A stretch of DNA of 64,000 nt from Auanema rhodensis. Taxonomy: Eukaryota; Animalia; Nematoda. The DNA is taken from assembly GCA_964057225.1 (NCBI GenBank), contig OZ059900.1:13206001-13270000 (forward strand). The letters are read 5' to 3'. A program made the translations under genes and the position numbers. Of the stretch, positions 11,792-25,298 are shown one piece after another. Below the pieces are notes generated by a model. It saw only the letters and a list, made by a program, of their open reading frames with translations, ran no database searches and had not been told where the DNA came from. Positions within the stretch are counted from its first letter, which is position 1. Each line of letters begins with the position of its first letter.

Positions 11792-14069
11792 TAGTATCTC
11801 AATCTAACCAGAGAACTTCTGAGTTGGAAATACATTTTGGAAAGCACACCACGAGTGTGCAATATTGAAAACTGTCTGTCTTAGTATGATTATATAACAC
11901 TATAGATGCCAAAACAAAACAAATTTGAATATGAACATGACGCGTCTTTTACATTATAGTTTGACCGGATAAAGCTTTGTATAGCTTTGTACACTGATCA
12001 CATATTCGGCGATAGGCTAGAACAGTTCATAAGTTTCCTGAATAGATTTGGTTTAATTACCCAAGTTAGAGGTAGTATCTCTATCTAACCAGAGAACTTC
12101 TGAGTTGGAAATACATTTTGGAAAGCACACCATGAGTGTGCAATATTGAAAACTGTCTGTCTTAGTATGATTATATGACACTATAGATGCCAAAGCAAAA
12201 CAAATTTGAATATGAACATGACGCGTCTTTTACATTATAGTTTGACCGGATAAAGCTTTGTATAGCTTTGTACACTGATCACATATTCGGCGATAGGCTA
12301 GAACAGTTCATAAGTTTCCTGAATAGATTTGGTTTAATTACCCAAGTTAGAGGTAGTATCTCAATCTAACCAGAGAACTTCTGAGTTGGAAATACATTTT
12401 GGAAAGCACACCATGAGTGTGCAATATTGAAAACTGTCGGTCTTAATATGATTATATGACACTATAGATGCCAAAGCAAAACAAATTTGAATATGAACAT
12501 GACGCGTCTTTTACATTATAGTTTCACCGGATAAAGCTTTGTATAGTTTTGTATAGCTTTGTACACTGATCACATATACGGCGATAGGCTAGAACAGTTC
12601 ATAAGTTTCCTGAATAGATTTGGTTTAATTACCCAAGTTAGAGGTAGTATCTCAATCTAACCAGAGAACTTCTGAGTTGGAAATACATTTTGGAAAGCAC
12701 ACCATGAGTGTGCATCATTGAAAACTGTCTGTCTTAGTATGATTATATGACACTATAGATGATTAAGCAATATGAATTTGATCATGAACATGACGCGTCT
12801 TTTACATTATAGTTTGGCAGGATAAACCTTTGTATAGCTTTGTATAGCTTTGTACACTGATCACATATACGGCGATAAGCTAGAACAGTTCATAAGTTTC
12901 CTGAATAGATTTGGTTTGATTACCCAAGTTAGAGGTAGTATCTCAATCTAACCAGAGAACTTCTGAGTTGGAAATACATTTTGGAAAGCACACCACGAGT
13001 GTGCAATATTGAAAACTGTCTGTCTTAGTATGATTATATGACACTATAGATGCCAAAGCAAAACAAATTTGAATATGAACATGACGCGTCTTTTACATTA
13101 TAGTTTGGCAGGATAAAGCTTTGTATAGCTTTGTATAGCTTTGTACACTGATCACATATACGGCGATAGGCTAGAACAGTTTATAAGTTTCCTGAATAGA
13201 TTTGGTTTAATTACCCAAGTTAGAGGTAGTATCTCAATCTAACCAGAGAACTTCTGAGTTGGAAATACATTTTGGAAAGCACACCACGAGTGTGCAATAT
13301 TGAAAACTGTCTGTCTTAGTATGATTATATGACACTATAGATGCCAAAGCAAAACAAATTTGAATATGAACATGACGCGTCTTTTACATTATAGTTTGAC
13401 CGGATAAAGCTTTGCATAGCTTTGTACACTGATCACATATACGGCGATAGGCTAGAACAGTTCATAAGTTTCCTGAATAGATTTGGTTTAATTACCCAAG
13501 TTAGAGGTAGTATCTCAATCTAACCAGAGAACTTCTGAGTTGGAAATACATTTTGGAAAGCACACCACGAGTGTGCAATATTGAAAACTGTCTGTCTTAG
13601 TATGATTATATAACACTATAGATGCCAAAACAAAACAAATTTGAATATGAACATGACGCGTCTTTTACATTATAGTTTGACCGGATAAAGCTTTGTATAG
13701 CTTTGTACACTGATCACATATTCGGCGATAGGCTAGAACAGTTCATAAGTTTCCTGAATAGATTTGGTTTAATTACCCAAGTTAGAGGTAGTATCTCTAT
13801 CTAACCAGAGAACTTCTGAGTTGGAAATACATTTTGGAAAGCACACCATGAGTGTGCAATATTGAAAACTGTCTGTCTTAGTATGATTATATGACACTAT
13901 AGATGCCAAAGCAAAACAAATTTGAATATGAACATGACGCGTCTTTTACATTATAGTTTGACCGGATAAAGCTTTGTATAGCTTTGTACACTGATCACAT
14001 ATTCGGCGATAGGCTAGAACAGTTCATAAGTTTCCTGAATAGATTTGGTTTAATTACCCAAGTTAGAGG
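10638..14069. repeat. 6-monomer higher-order repeat, 1716 bp x2
   Basis: 10638-12353 and 12354-14069 share GTCGGTC, CATCATTG+GATAAGC, GGCAGG, TGCATAG and GCCAAAAC variants in the same order. 3x291+3x281=1716. Confidence 0.93.
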
Positions 14070-15795
14070 TAGTATCTCTATCTAACCAGAGAACTTCTGA
14101 GTTGGAAATACATTTTGGAAAGCACACCATGAGTGTGCAATATTGAAAACTGTCTGTCTTAGTATGATTATATGACACTATAGATGCCAAAGCAAACCAA
14201 ATTTGAATATGAACATGACGCGTCTTTTACATTATAGTTTGACCGGATAAAGCTTTGTATAGCTTTGTATAGCTTTGTACACTGATCACATATTCGGCGA
14301 TAGGCTAGAACAGTTCATAAGTTTCCTGAATAGATTTGGTTTAATTACCCAAGTTAGAGGTAGTATCTCTATCTAACCAGAGAACTTCTGAGTTGGAAAT
14401 ACATTTTGGAAAGCACACCATGAGTGTGCAATATTGAAAACTGTCTGTCTTAGTATGATTATATGACAGTATAGATGCCAAAGCAAAACAAATTTGAATA
14501 TGAACATGACGCGTCTTTTACATTATAGTTTGACCGGATAAAGCTTTGTATAGCTTTGTATAGCTTTGTACACTGATCACATATACGGCGATAGGCTAAA
14601 ACAGTTCATAAGTTTCCTGAATAGATTTGGTTTAATTACCCAAGTTAGAGGTAGTATCTCAATCTAAGCAGAGAACTTCTGAGTTGGAAATACATTTTGG
14701 AAAGCACACCATGAGTGTGCAATATTGAAAACTGTCTGTCTTAGTATGATTATATGACACTATAGATGCCAAAGCAAAACAAATTTGAATATGAACATGA
14801 CGCGTCTTTTACATTATAGTTTGACCGGATAAAGCTTTGCATAGCTTTGTACACTGATCACATATACGGCGATAGGCTAGAACAGTTCATAAGTTTCCTG
14901 AATAGATTTGGTTTAATTACCCAAGTTAGAGGTAGTATCTCTATCTAACCAGAGAACTTCTGAGTTGGAAATACATTTTGGAAAGCACACCATGAGTGTG
15001 CAATATTGAAAACTGTCTGTCTTAGTATGATTATATGACACTATAGATGCCAAAGCAAAACAAATTTGAATATGAACATGACGCGTCTTTTACATTATAG
15101 TTTGACCGGATAAAGCTTTGTATAGCTTTGTATAGCTTTGTACACTGATCACATATTCGGCGATAGGCTAGAACAGTTCATAAGTTTCCTGAATAGATTT
15201 GGTTTAATTACCCAAGTTAGAGGTAGTATCTCTATCTAACCAGAGAACTTCTGAGTTGGAAATACATTTTGGAAAGCACACCATGAGTGTGCAATATTGA
15301 AAACTGTCTGTCTTAGTATGATTATATGACAGTATAGATGCCAAAGCAAAACAAATTTGAATATGAACATGACGCGTCTTTTACATTATAGTTTGACCGG
15401 ATAAAGCTTTGTATAGCTTTGTATAGCTTTGTACACTGATCACATATACGGCGATAGGCTAAAACAGTTCATAAGTTTCCTGAATAGATTTGGTTTAATT
15501 ACCCAAGTTAGAGGTAGTATCTCAATCTAAGCAGAGAACTTCTGAGTTGGAAATACATTTTGGAAAGCACACCATGAGTGTGCAATATTGAAAACTGTCT
15601 GTCTTAGTATGATTATATGACACTATAGATGCCAAAGCAAAACAAATTTGAATATGAACATGACGCGTCTTTTACATTATAGTTTGACCGGATAAAGCTT
15701 TGCATAGCTTTGTACACTGATCACATATACGGCGATAGGCTAGAACAGTTCATAAGTTTCCTGAATAGATTTGGTTTAATTACCCAAGTTAGAGG
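14070..15795. repeat. 3-monomer higher-order repeat, 863 bp x2
   Basis: ACAGTATA+CTAAAAC followed by CTAAGCAG+TGCATAG repeat at 863-bp spacing (14361/15224; 14652/15515). Confidence 0.9.
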
Positions 15796-16919
15796 TAGTA
15801 TCTCAATCTAACCAGAGAACTTCTGAGTTGGAAATACATTTTGGAAAGCACACCACGAGTGTGCAATATTGAAAACTGTCTGTCTTAGTATGATTATATG
15901 ACACTATAGATGCCAAAGCAAAACAAATTTGAATATGAACATGACGCGTCTTTTACATTATAGTTTGACCGGATAAAGCTTTGCATAGCTTTGTACACTG
16001 ATCACATATACGGCGATAGGCTAGAACAGTTCATAAGTTTCCTGAATAGATTTGGTTTAATTACCCAAGTTAGAGGTAGTATCTCAATCTAACCAGAGAA
16101 CTTCTGAGTTGGAAATACATTTTGGAAAGCACACCACGAGTGTGCAATATTGAAAACTGTCTGTCTTAGTATGATTATATGACACTATAGATGCCAAAGC
16201 AAAACAAATTTGAATATGAACATGACGCGTCTTTTACATTATAGTTTGACTTGTTAAAGCTTTGTATAGCTTTGTACCCTGATCACATATACGGCGATAG
16301 GCTAGAACAGTTCATAAGTTTCCTGAATAGATTTGGTTTAATAACCCAAGTTAGAGGTAGTATCTCAATCTAACCAGAGAACTTCTGAGTTGGAAATACA
16401 TTTTGGAAAGCACACCATGAGTGTGCAATATTGAAAACTGTCTGTCTTAGTATGATTATATCACACTATAGATGCCAAAGCAAAACAAATTTGAATATGA
16501 ACATGACGCGTCTTTTACATTATAGTTTGACCGGATAAAGCTTTGTATAGCTTTGTACACTGATCACATATACGGCGATAGGCTAGAACAGTTCATAAGT
16601 TTCCTGAATAGATTTGGTATAATTACCCAAGTTAGAGGTAGTATCTCAATCTAACCAGAGAACTTCTGAGTTGGAAATACATTTTGGAAAGCACACCACG
16701 AGTGTGCAATATTGAAAACTGTCTGTCTTAGTATGATTATATGACACTATAGATGATTAAGCAATATGAATTTGATCATGAACATGACGCTTCTTTTACA
16801 TTATAGTTTGACCGGATAAAGCTTTGCATAGCTTTGTACACTGATCACATATACGGCGATAGGCTAGAACAGTTCATAAGTTTCCTGAATAGATTTGGTT
16901 TAATTACCCAAGTTAGAGG

Positions 16920-19900
16920 TAGTATCTCAATCTAACCAGAGAACTTCTGAGTTGGAAATACATTTTGGAAAGCACACCACGAGTGTGCAATATTGAAAAC
17001 TGTCTGTCTTAGTATGATTATATAACACTACAGATGCTAAAGCAAAATGAATTTGAATATGAACATGACGCGTCTTTTACATTATAGTTTGACAGGATAA
17101 AGCTTTGTATAGCTTTGTATAGCTTTGTACACTGATCACATATACGGCGATAGGCTAGAACAGTTCAAAAGTTTCCTGAATAGATTTGGTTTAATTACCC
17201 AAGTTAGAGGTAGTATCTCAATCTAACCAGAGAACTTCTGAGTTGGAAATACATTTTGGAAAGCACACCACGAGTGTGCAATATTGAAAACTGTCTGTCT
17301 TAGTATGATTATATGACACTATAGATGATTAAGCAATATGAATTTGATCATGAACATGACGCGTCTTTTACATTATAGTTTGACCGGATAAAGCTTTGTA
17401 TAGTTTTGTATAGCTTTGTACACTGATCACATATACGGCGATAGGCTAGAACAGTTCATAAGTTTCCTGAATAGATTTGGTTTAATTACCCAAGTTAGAG
17501 GTAGTATCTCAATCTAACCAGAGAACTTCTGAGTTGGAAATACATTTTGGAAAGCACACCATGAGTGTGCAATATTGAAAACTGTCTGTCTTAATATGAT
17601 TATATGACACTATAGATGCCAAAGCAAAACAAATTTGAATATGAACATGACGCGTCTTTTACATTATAGTTTGACCGGATAAAGCTTTGTATAGCTTTGT
17701 ATAGCTTTGTACACTGATCACATATACGGCGATAGGCTAGAACAGTTTATAAGTTTCCTGAATAGATTTGGTTTAATAACCCAAGTTAGAGGTAGTATCT
17801 CAATCTAACCAGAGAACTTCTGAGTTGGAAATACATTTTGGAAAGCACACCATGAGTGTGCAATATTGAAAACTGTCTGTCTTAGTATGATTATATCACA
17901 CTATAGATGCCAAAGCAAAACAAATTTGAATATGAACATGACGCGTCTTTTACATTATAGTTTGACCGGATAAAGCTTTGTATAGCTTTGTACACTGATC
18001 ACATATACGGCGATAGGCTAGAACAGTTCATAAGTTTCCTGAATAGATTTGGTATAATTACCCAAGTTAGAGGTAGTATCTCAATCTAACCAGAGAACTT
18101 CTGAGTTGGAAATACATTTTGGAAAGCACACCATGAGTGTGCAATATTGAAAACTGTCTGTCTTAGTATGATTATATCACACTATACATGCCAAAGCAAA
18201 ACAAATTTGAATATGAACATGACGCGTCTTTTACATTATAGTTTGACCGGATAAAGCTTTGTATAGCTTTGTACACTGATCACATATACGGCGATAGGCT
18301 AGAACAGTTCAAAAGTTTCCTGAATAGATTTGGTTTAATTACCCAAGTTAGAGGTAGTATCTCAATCTAACCAGAGAACTTCTGAGTTGGAAATACATTT
18401 TGGAAAGCACACCACGAGTGTGCAATATTGAAAACTGTCTGTCTTAGTATGATTATATGACACTATAGATGATTAAGCAATATGAATTTGATCATGAACA
18501 TGACGCGTCTTTTACATTATAGTTTGACCGGATAAAGCTTTGTATAGTTTTGTATAGCTTTGTACACTGATCACATATACGGCGATAGGCTAGAACAGTT
18601 CATAAGTTTCCTGAATAGATTTGGTTCAATTACCCAAGTTAGAGGTAGTATCTCAATCTAACCAGAGAACTTCTGAGTTGGAAATACATTTTGGAAAGCA
18701 CACCATGAGTGTGCAATATTGAAAACTGTCTGTCTTAATATGATTATATGACACTATAGATGCCAAAGCAAAACAAATTTGAATATGAACATGACGCGTC
18801 TTTTACATTATAGTTTGACCGGATAAAGCTTTGTATAGCTTTGTATAGCTTTGTACACTGATCACATATACGGCGATAGGCTAGAACAGTTTATAAGTTT
18901 CCTGAATAGATTTGGTTTAATAACCCAAGTTAGAGGTAGTATCTCAATCTAACCAGAGAACTTCTGAGTTGGAAATACATTTTGGAAAGCACACCATGAG
19001 TGTGCAATATTGAAAACTGTCTGTCTTAGTATGATTATATGACACTATAGATGCCAAAGCAAAACAAATTTGAATATGAACATGACGCGTCTTTTACATT
19101 ATAGTTTGACCGGATAAAGCTTTGTATAGCTTTGTATAGCTTTGTACACTGATCACATATTCGGCGATAGGCTAGAACAGTTCATAAGTTTCCTGAATAG
19201 ATTTGGTTTAATTACCCAAGTTAGAGGTAGTATCTCTATCTAACCAGAGAACTTCTGAGTTGGAAATACATTTTGGAAAGCACACCATGAGTGTGCAATA
19301 TTGAAAACTGTCTGTCTTAGTATGATTATATGACACTATAGATGCCAAAGCAAAACAAATTTGAATATGAACATGACGCGTCTTTTACATTATAGTTTGA
19401 CCGGATAAAGCTTTGTATAGCTTTGTATAGCTTTGTACACTGATCACATATTCGGCGATAGGCTAGAACAGTTCATAAGTTTCCTGAATAGATTTGGTTT
19501 AATTACCCAAGTTAGAGGTAGTATCTCTATCTAACCAGAGAACTTCTGAGTTGGAAATACATTTTGGAAAGCACACCATGAGTGTGCAATATTGAAAACT
19601 GTCTGTCTTAGTATGATTATATGACAGTATAGATGCCAAAGCAAAACAAATTTGAATATGAACATGACGCGTCTTTTACATTATAGTTTGACCGGATAAA
19701 GCTTTGTATAGCTTTGTATAGCTTTGTACACTGATCACATATACGGCGATAGGCTAGAACAGTTTATAAGTTTCCTGAATAGATTTGGTTTAATTACCCA
19801 AGTTAGAGGTAGTATCTCAATCTAACCAGAGAACTTCTGAGTTGGAAATACATTTTGGAAAGCACACCACGAGTGTGCAATATTGAAAACTGTCTGTCTT

Positions 19901-22900
19901 AGTATGATTATATGACACTATAGATGCCAAAGCAAAACAAATTTGAATATGAACATGACGCGTCTTTTACATTATAGTTTGACCGGATAAAGCTTTGCAT
20001 AGCTTTGTACACTGATCACATATACGGCGATAGGCTAGAACAGTTCATAAGTTTCCTGAATAGATTTGGTTTAATTACCCAAGTTAGAGGTAGTATCTCA
20101 ATCTAACCAGAGAACTTCTGAGTTGGAAATACATTTTGGAAAGCACACCACGAGTGTGCAATATTGAAAACTGTCTGTCTTAGTATGATTATATAACACT
20201 ACAGATGCTAAAGCAAAATGAATTCGAATATGAACATGACGCGTCTTTTACATTATAGTTTGACAGGATAAAGCTTTGTATAGCTTTGTATAGCTTTGTA
20301 CACTGATCACATATACGGCGATAGGCTAGAACAGTTCAAAAGTTTCCTGAATAGATTTGGTTTAATTACCCAAGTTAGAGGTAGTATCTCAATCTAACCA
20401 GAGAACTTCTGAGTTGGAAATACATTTTGGAAAGCACACCACGAGTGTGCAATATTGAAAACTGTCTGTCTTAGTATGATTATATGACACTATAGATGAT
20501 TAAGCAATATGAATTTGATCATGAACATGACGCGTCTTTTACATTATAGTTTGACCGGATGAAGCTTTGTATAGTTTTGTATAGCTTTGTACACTGATCA
20601 CATATACGGCGATAGGCTAGAACAGTTCATAAGTTTCCTGAATAGATTTGGTTTAATTACCCAAGTTAGAGGTAGTATCTCAATCTAACCAGAGAACTTC
20701 TGAGTTGGAAATACATTTTGGAAAGCACACCACGAGTGTGCAATATTGAAAACTGTCTGTCTTAGTATGATTATATCACACTATAGATGCCAAAGCAAAA
20801 CAAATTTGAATATGAACATGACGCGTCTTTTACATTATAGTTTGACCGGATAAAGCTTTGTATAGCTTTGTATAGCTTTGTACACTGATCACATATACGG
20901 CGATAGGCTAGAACAGTTTATAAGTTTCCTGAATAGATTTGGTTTAATAACCCAAGTTAGAGGTAGTATCTCAATCTAACCAGAGAACTTCTGAGTTGGA
21001 AATACATTTTGGAAAGCACACCATGAGTGTGCAATATTGAAAACTGTCTGTCTTAGTATGATTATATCACACTATAGATGCCAAAGCAAAACAAATTTGA
21101 ATATGAACATGACGCGTCTTTTACATTATAGTTTGACCGGATAAAGCTTTGTATAGCTTTGTACACTGATCACATATACGGCGATAGGCTAGAACAGTTC
21201 ATAAGTTTCCTGAATAGATTTGGTATAATTACCCAAGTTAGAGGTAGTATCTCAATCTAACCAGAGAACTTCTGAGTTGGAAATACATTTTGGAAAGCAC
21301 ACCATGAGTGTGCAATATTGAAAACTGTCTGTCTTAGTATGATTATATCACACTATACATGCCAAAGCAAAACAAATTTGAATATGAACATGACGCGTCT
21401 TTTACATTATAGTTTGACCGGATAAAGCTTTGTATAGCTTTGTACACTGATCACATATACGGCGATAGGCTAGAACAGTTCAAAAGTTTCCTGAATAGAT
21501 TTGGTTTAATTACCCAAGTTAGAGGTAGTATCTCAATCTAACCAGAGAACTTCTGAGTTGGAAATACATTTTGGAAAGCACACCACGAGTGTGCAATATT
21601 GAAAACTGTCTGTCTTAGTATGATTATATGACACTATAGATGATTAAGCAATATGAATTTGATCATGAACATGACGCGTCTTTTACATTATAGTTTGACC
21701 GGATAAAGCTTTGTATAGTTTTGTATAGCTTTGTACACTGATCACATATACGGCGATAGGCTAGAACAGTTTATAAGTTTCCTGAATAGATTTGGTTTAA
21801 TTACCCAAGTTAGAGGTAGTATCTCAATCTAACCAGAGAACTTCTGAGTTGGAAATACATTTTGGAAAGCACACCATGAGTGTGCAATATTGAAAACTGT
21901 CTGTCTTAATATGATTATATGACACTATAGATGCCAAAGCAAAACAAATTTGAATATGAACATGACGCGTCTTTTACATTATAGTTTGACCGGATAAAGC
22001 TTTGTATAGCTTTGTATAGCTTTGTACACTGATCACATATACGGCGATAGGCTAGAACAGTTTATAAGTTTCCTGAATAGATTTGGTTTAATAACCCAAG
22101 TTAGAGGTAGTATCTCAATCTAACCAGAGAACTTCTGAGTTGGAAATACATTTTGGAAAGCACACCATGAGTGTGCAATATTGAAAACTGTCTGTCTTAG
22201 TATGATTATATGACACTATAGATGCCAAAGCAAAACAAATTTGAATATGAACATGACGCGTCTTTTACATTATAGTTTGACCGGATAAAGCTTTGTATAG
22301 CTTTGTATAGCTTTGTACACTGATCACATATTCGGCGATAGGCTAGAACAGTTCATAAGTTTCCTGAATAGATTTGGTTTAATTACCCAAGTTAGAGGTA
22401 GTATCTCTATCTAACCAGAGAACTTCTGAGTTGGAAATACATTTTGGAAAGCACACCATGAGTGTGCAATATTGAAAACTGTCTGTCTTAGTATGATTAT
22501 ATGACACTATAGATGCCAAAGCAAAACAAATTTGAATATGAACATGACGCGTCTTTTACATTATAGTTTGACCGGATAAAGCTTTGTATAGCTTTGTATA
22601 GCTTTGTACACTGATCACATATTCGGCGATAGGCTAGAACAGTTCATAAGTTTCCTGAATAGATTTGGTTTAATTACCCAAGTTAGAGGTAGTATCTCTA
22701 TCTAACCAGAGAACTTCTGAGTTGGAAATACATTTTGGAAAGCACACCATGAGTGTGCAATATTGAAAACTGTCTGTCTTAGTATGATTATATGACAGTA
22801 TAGATGCCAAAGCAAAACAAATTTGAATATGAACATGACGCGTCTTTTACATTATAGTTTGACCGGATAAAGCTTTGTATAGCTTTGTATAGCTTTGTAC

Positions 22901-23843
22901 ACTGATCACATATACGGCGATAGGCTAGAACAGTTTATAAGTTTCCTGAATAGATTTGGTTTAATTACCCAAGTTAGAGGTAGTATCTCAATCTAACCAG
23001 AGAACTTCTGAGTTGGAAATACATTTTGGAAAGCACACCACGAGTGTGCAATATTGAAAACTGTCTGTCTTAGTATGATTATATGACACTATAGATGCCA
23101 AAGCAAAACAAATTTGAATATGAACATGACGCGTCTTTTACATTATAGTTTGACCGGATAAAGCTTTGCATAGCTTTGTACACTGATCACATATACGGCG
23201 ATAGGCTAGAACAGTTCATAAGTTTCCTGAATAGATTTGGTTTAATTACCCAAGTTAGAGGTAGTATCTCAATCTAACCAGAGAACTTCTGAGTTGGAAA
23301 TACATTTTGGAAAGCACACCACGAGTGTGCAATATTGAAAACTGTCTGTCTTAGTATGATTATATAACACTACAGATGCTAAAGCAAAATGAATTCGAAT
23401 ATGAACATGACGCGTCTTTTACATTATAGTTTGACAGGATAAAGCTTTGTATAGCTTTGTATAGCTTTGTACACTGATCACATATACGGCGATAGGCTAG
23501 AACAGTTCAAAAGTTTCCTGAATAGATTTGGTTTAATTACCCAAGTTAGAGGTAGTATCTCAATCTAACCAGAGAACTTCTGAGTTGGAAATACATTTTG
23601 GAAAGCACACCACGAGTGTGCAATATTGAAAACTGTCTGTCTTAGTATGATTATATGACACTATAGATGATTAAGCAATATGAATTTGATCATGAACATG
23701 ACGCGTCTTTTACATTATAGTTTGACCGGATAAAGCTTTGTATAGTTTTGTATAGCTTTGTACACTGATCACATATACGGCGATAGGCTAGAACAGTTCA
23801 TAAGTTTCCTGAATAGATTTGGTTTAATTACCCAAGTTAGAGG
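16920..23843. repeat. 11-monomer higher-order repeat, 3171 bp, about 2.2 copies
   Basis: Variant order repeats at a 3171-bp offset (17793/20964; 18074/21245; 19519/22690). A private GAATTC occurs at 20220 and 23391. Confidence 0.92.
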
Positions 23844-25298
23844 TAGTATCTCAATCTAACCAGAGAACTTCTGAGTTGGAAATACATTTTGGAAAGCACA
23901 CCATGAGTGTGCAATATTGAAAACTGTCTGTCTTAATATGATTATATGACACTATAGATGCCAAAGCAAAACAAATTTGAATATGAACATGACGCGTCTT
24001 TTAAATTATAGTTTCACCGGATAAAGCTTTGTATAGTTTTGTATAACTTTGTACACTGATCACATATACGGCGATAGGCTAGAACAGTTCATAAGTTTTC
24101 TGAATAGATTTGGTTTAATTACCCAAGTTAGAGGTAGTATCTCAATCTAACCAGAGAACTTCTGAGTTGGAAATACATTTTGGAAAGCACACCATGAGTG
24201 TGCAATATTGAAAACTGTCTGTCTTAATATGATTATATGACACTATAGATGCCAAAGCAAAACAAATTTGAATATGAACATGACGCGTCTTTTACATTAT
24301 AGTTTGACCGGATAAAGCTTTGTATAGCTTTGTATAGCTTTGTACACTGATCACATATACGGCGATAGGCTAGAACAGTTTATAAGTTTCCTGAATAGAT
24401 TTGGTTTAATTACCCAAGTTAGAGGTAGTATCTCAATCTAACCAGAGAACTTCTGAGTTGGAAATACATTTTGGAAAGCACACCACGAGTGTGCAATATT
24501 GAAAACTGTCTGTCTTAGTATGATTATATGACACTATAGATGATTAAGCAATATGAATTTGATCATGAACATGACGCGTCTTTTACATTATAGTTTGACC
24601 GGATAAAGCTTTGTATAGTTTTGTATAGCTTTGTACACTGATCACATATACGGCGATAGGCTAGAACAGTTCATAAGTTTCCTGAATAGATTTGGTTTAA
24701 TTACCCAAGTTAGAAGTAGTATCTCAATCTAACCAGAGAACTTCTGAGTTGGAAATACATTTTGGAAAGCACACCATGAGTGTGCAATATTGAAAACTGT
24801 CTGTCTTAATATGATTATATGACACTATAGATGCCAAAGCAAAACAAATTTGAATATGAACATGACGCGTCTTTTACATTATAGTTTCACCGGATAAAGC
24901 TTTGTATAGTTTTGTATAACTTTGTACACTGATCACATATACGGCGATAGGCTAGAACAGTTCATAAGTTTTCTGAATAGATTTGGTTTAATTACCCAAG
25001 TTAGAGGTAGTATCTCAATCTAACCAGAGAACTTCTGAGTTGGAAATACATTTTGGAAAGCACACCATGAGTGTGCAATATTGAAAACTGTCTGTCTTAA
25101 TATGATTATATGACACTATAGATGCCAAAGCAAAACAAATTTGAATATGAACATGACGCGTCTTTTACATTATAGTTTGACCGGATAAAGCTTTGTATAG
25201 CTTTGTATAGCTTTGTACACTGATCACATATACGGCGATAGGCTAGAACAGTTTATAAGTTTCCTGAATAGATTTGGTTTAATAACCCAAGTTAGAGG
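23553..25298. repeat. 3-monomer higher-order repeat, 873 bp x2
   Basis: GATGATT monomer, TATAACTT+AGTTTTCTG monomer and TTAAT long monomer at 23553-24425, repeated at 24426-25298. Confidence 0.85.
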
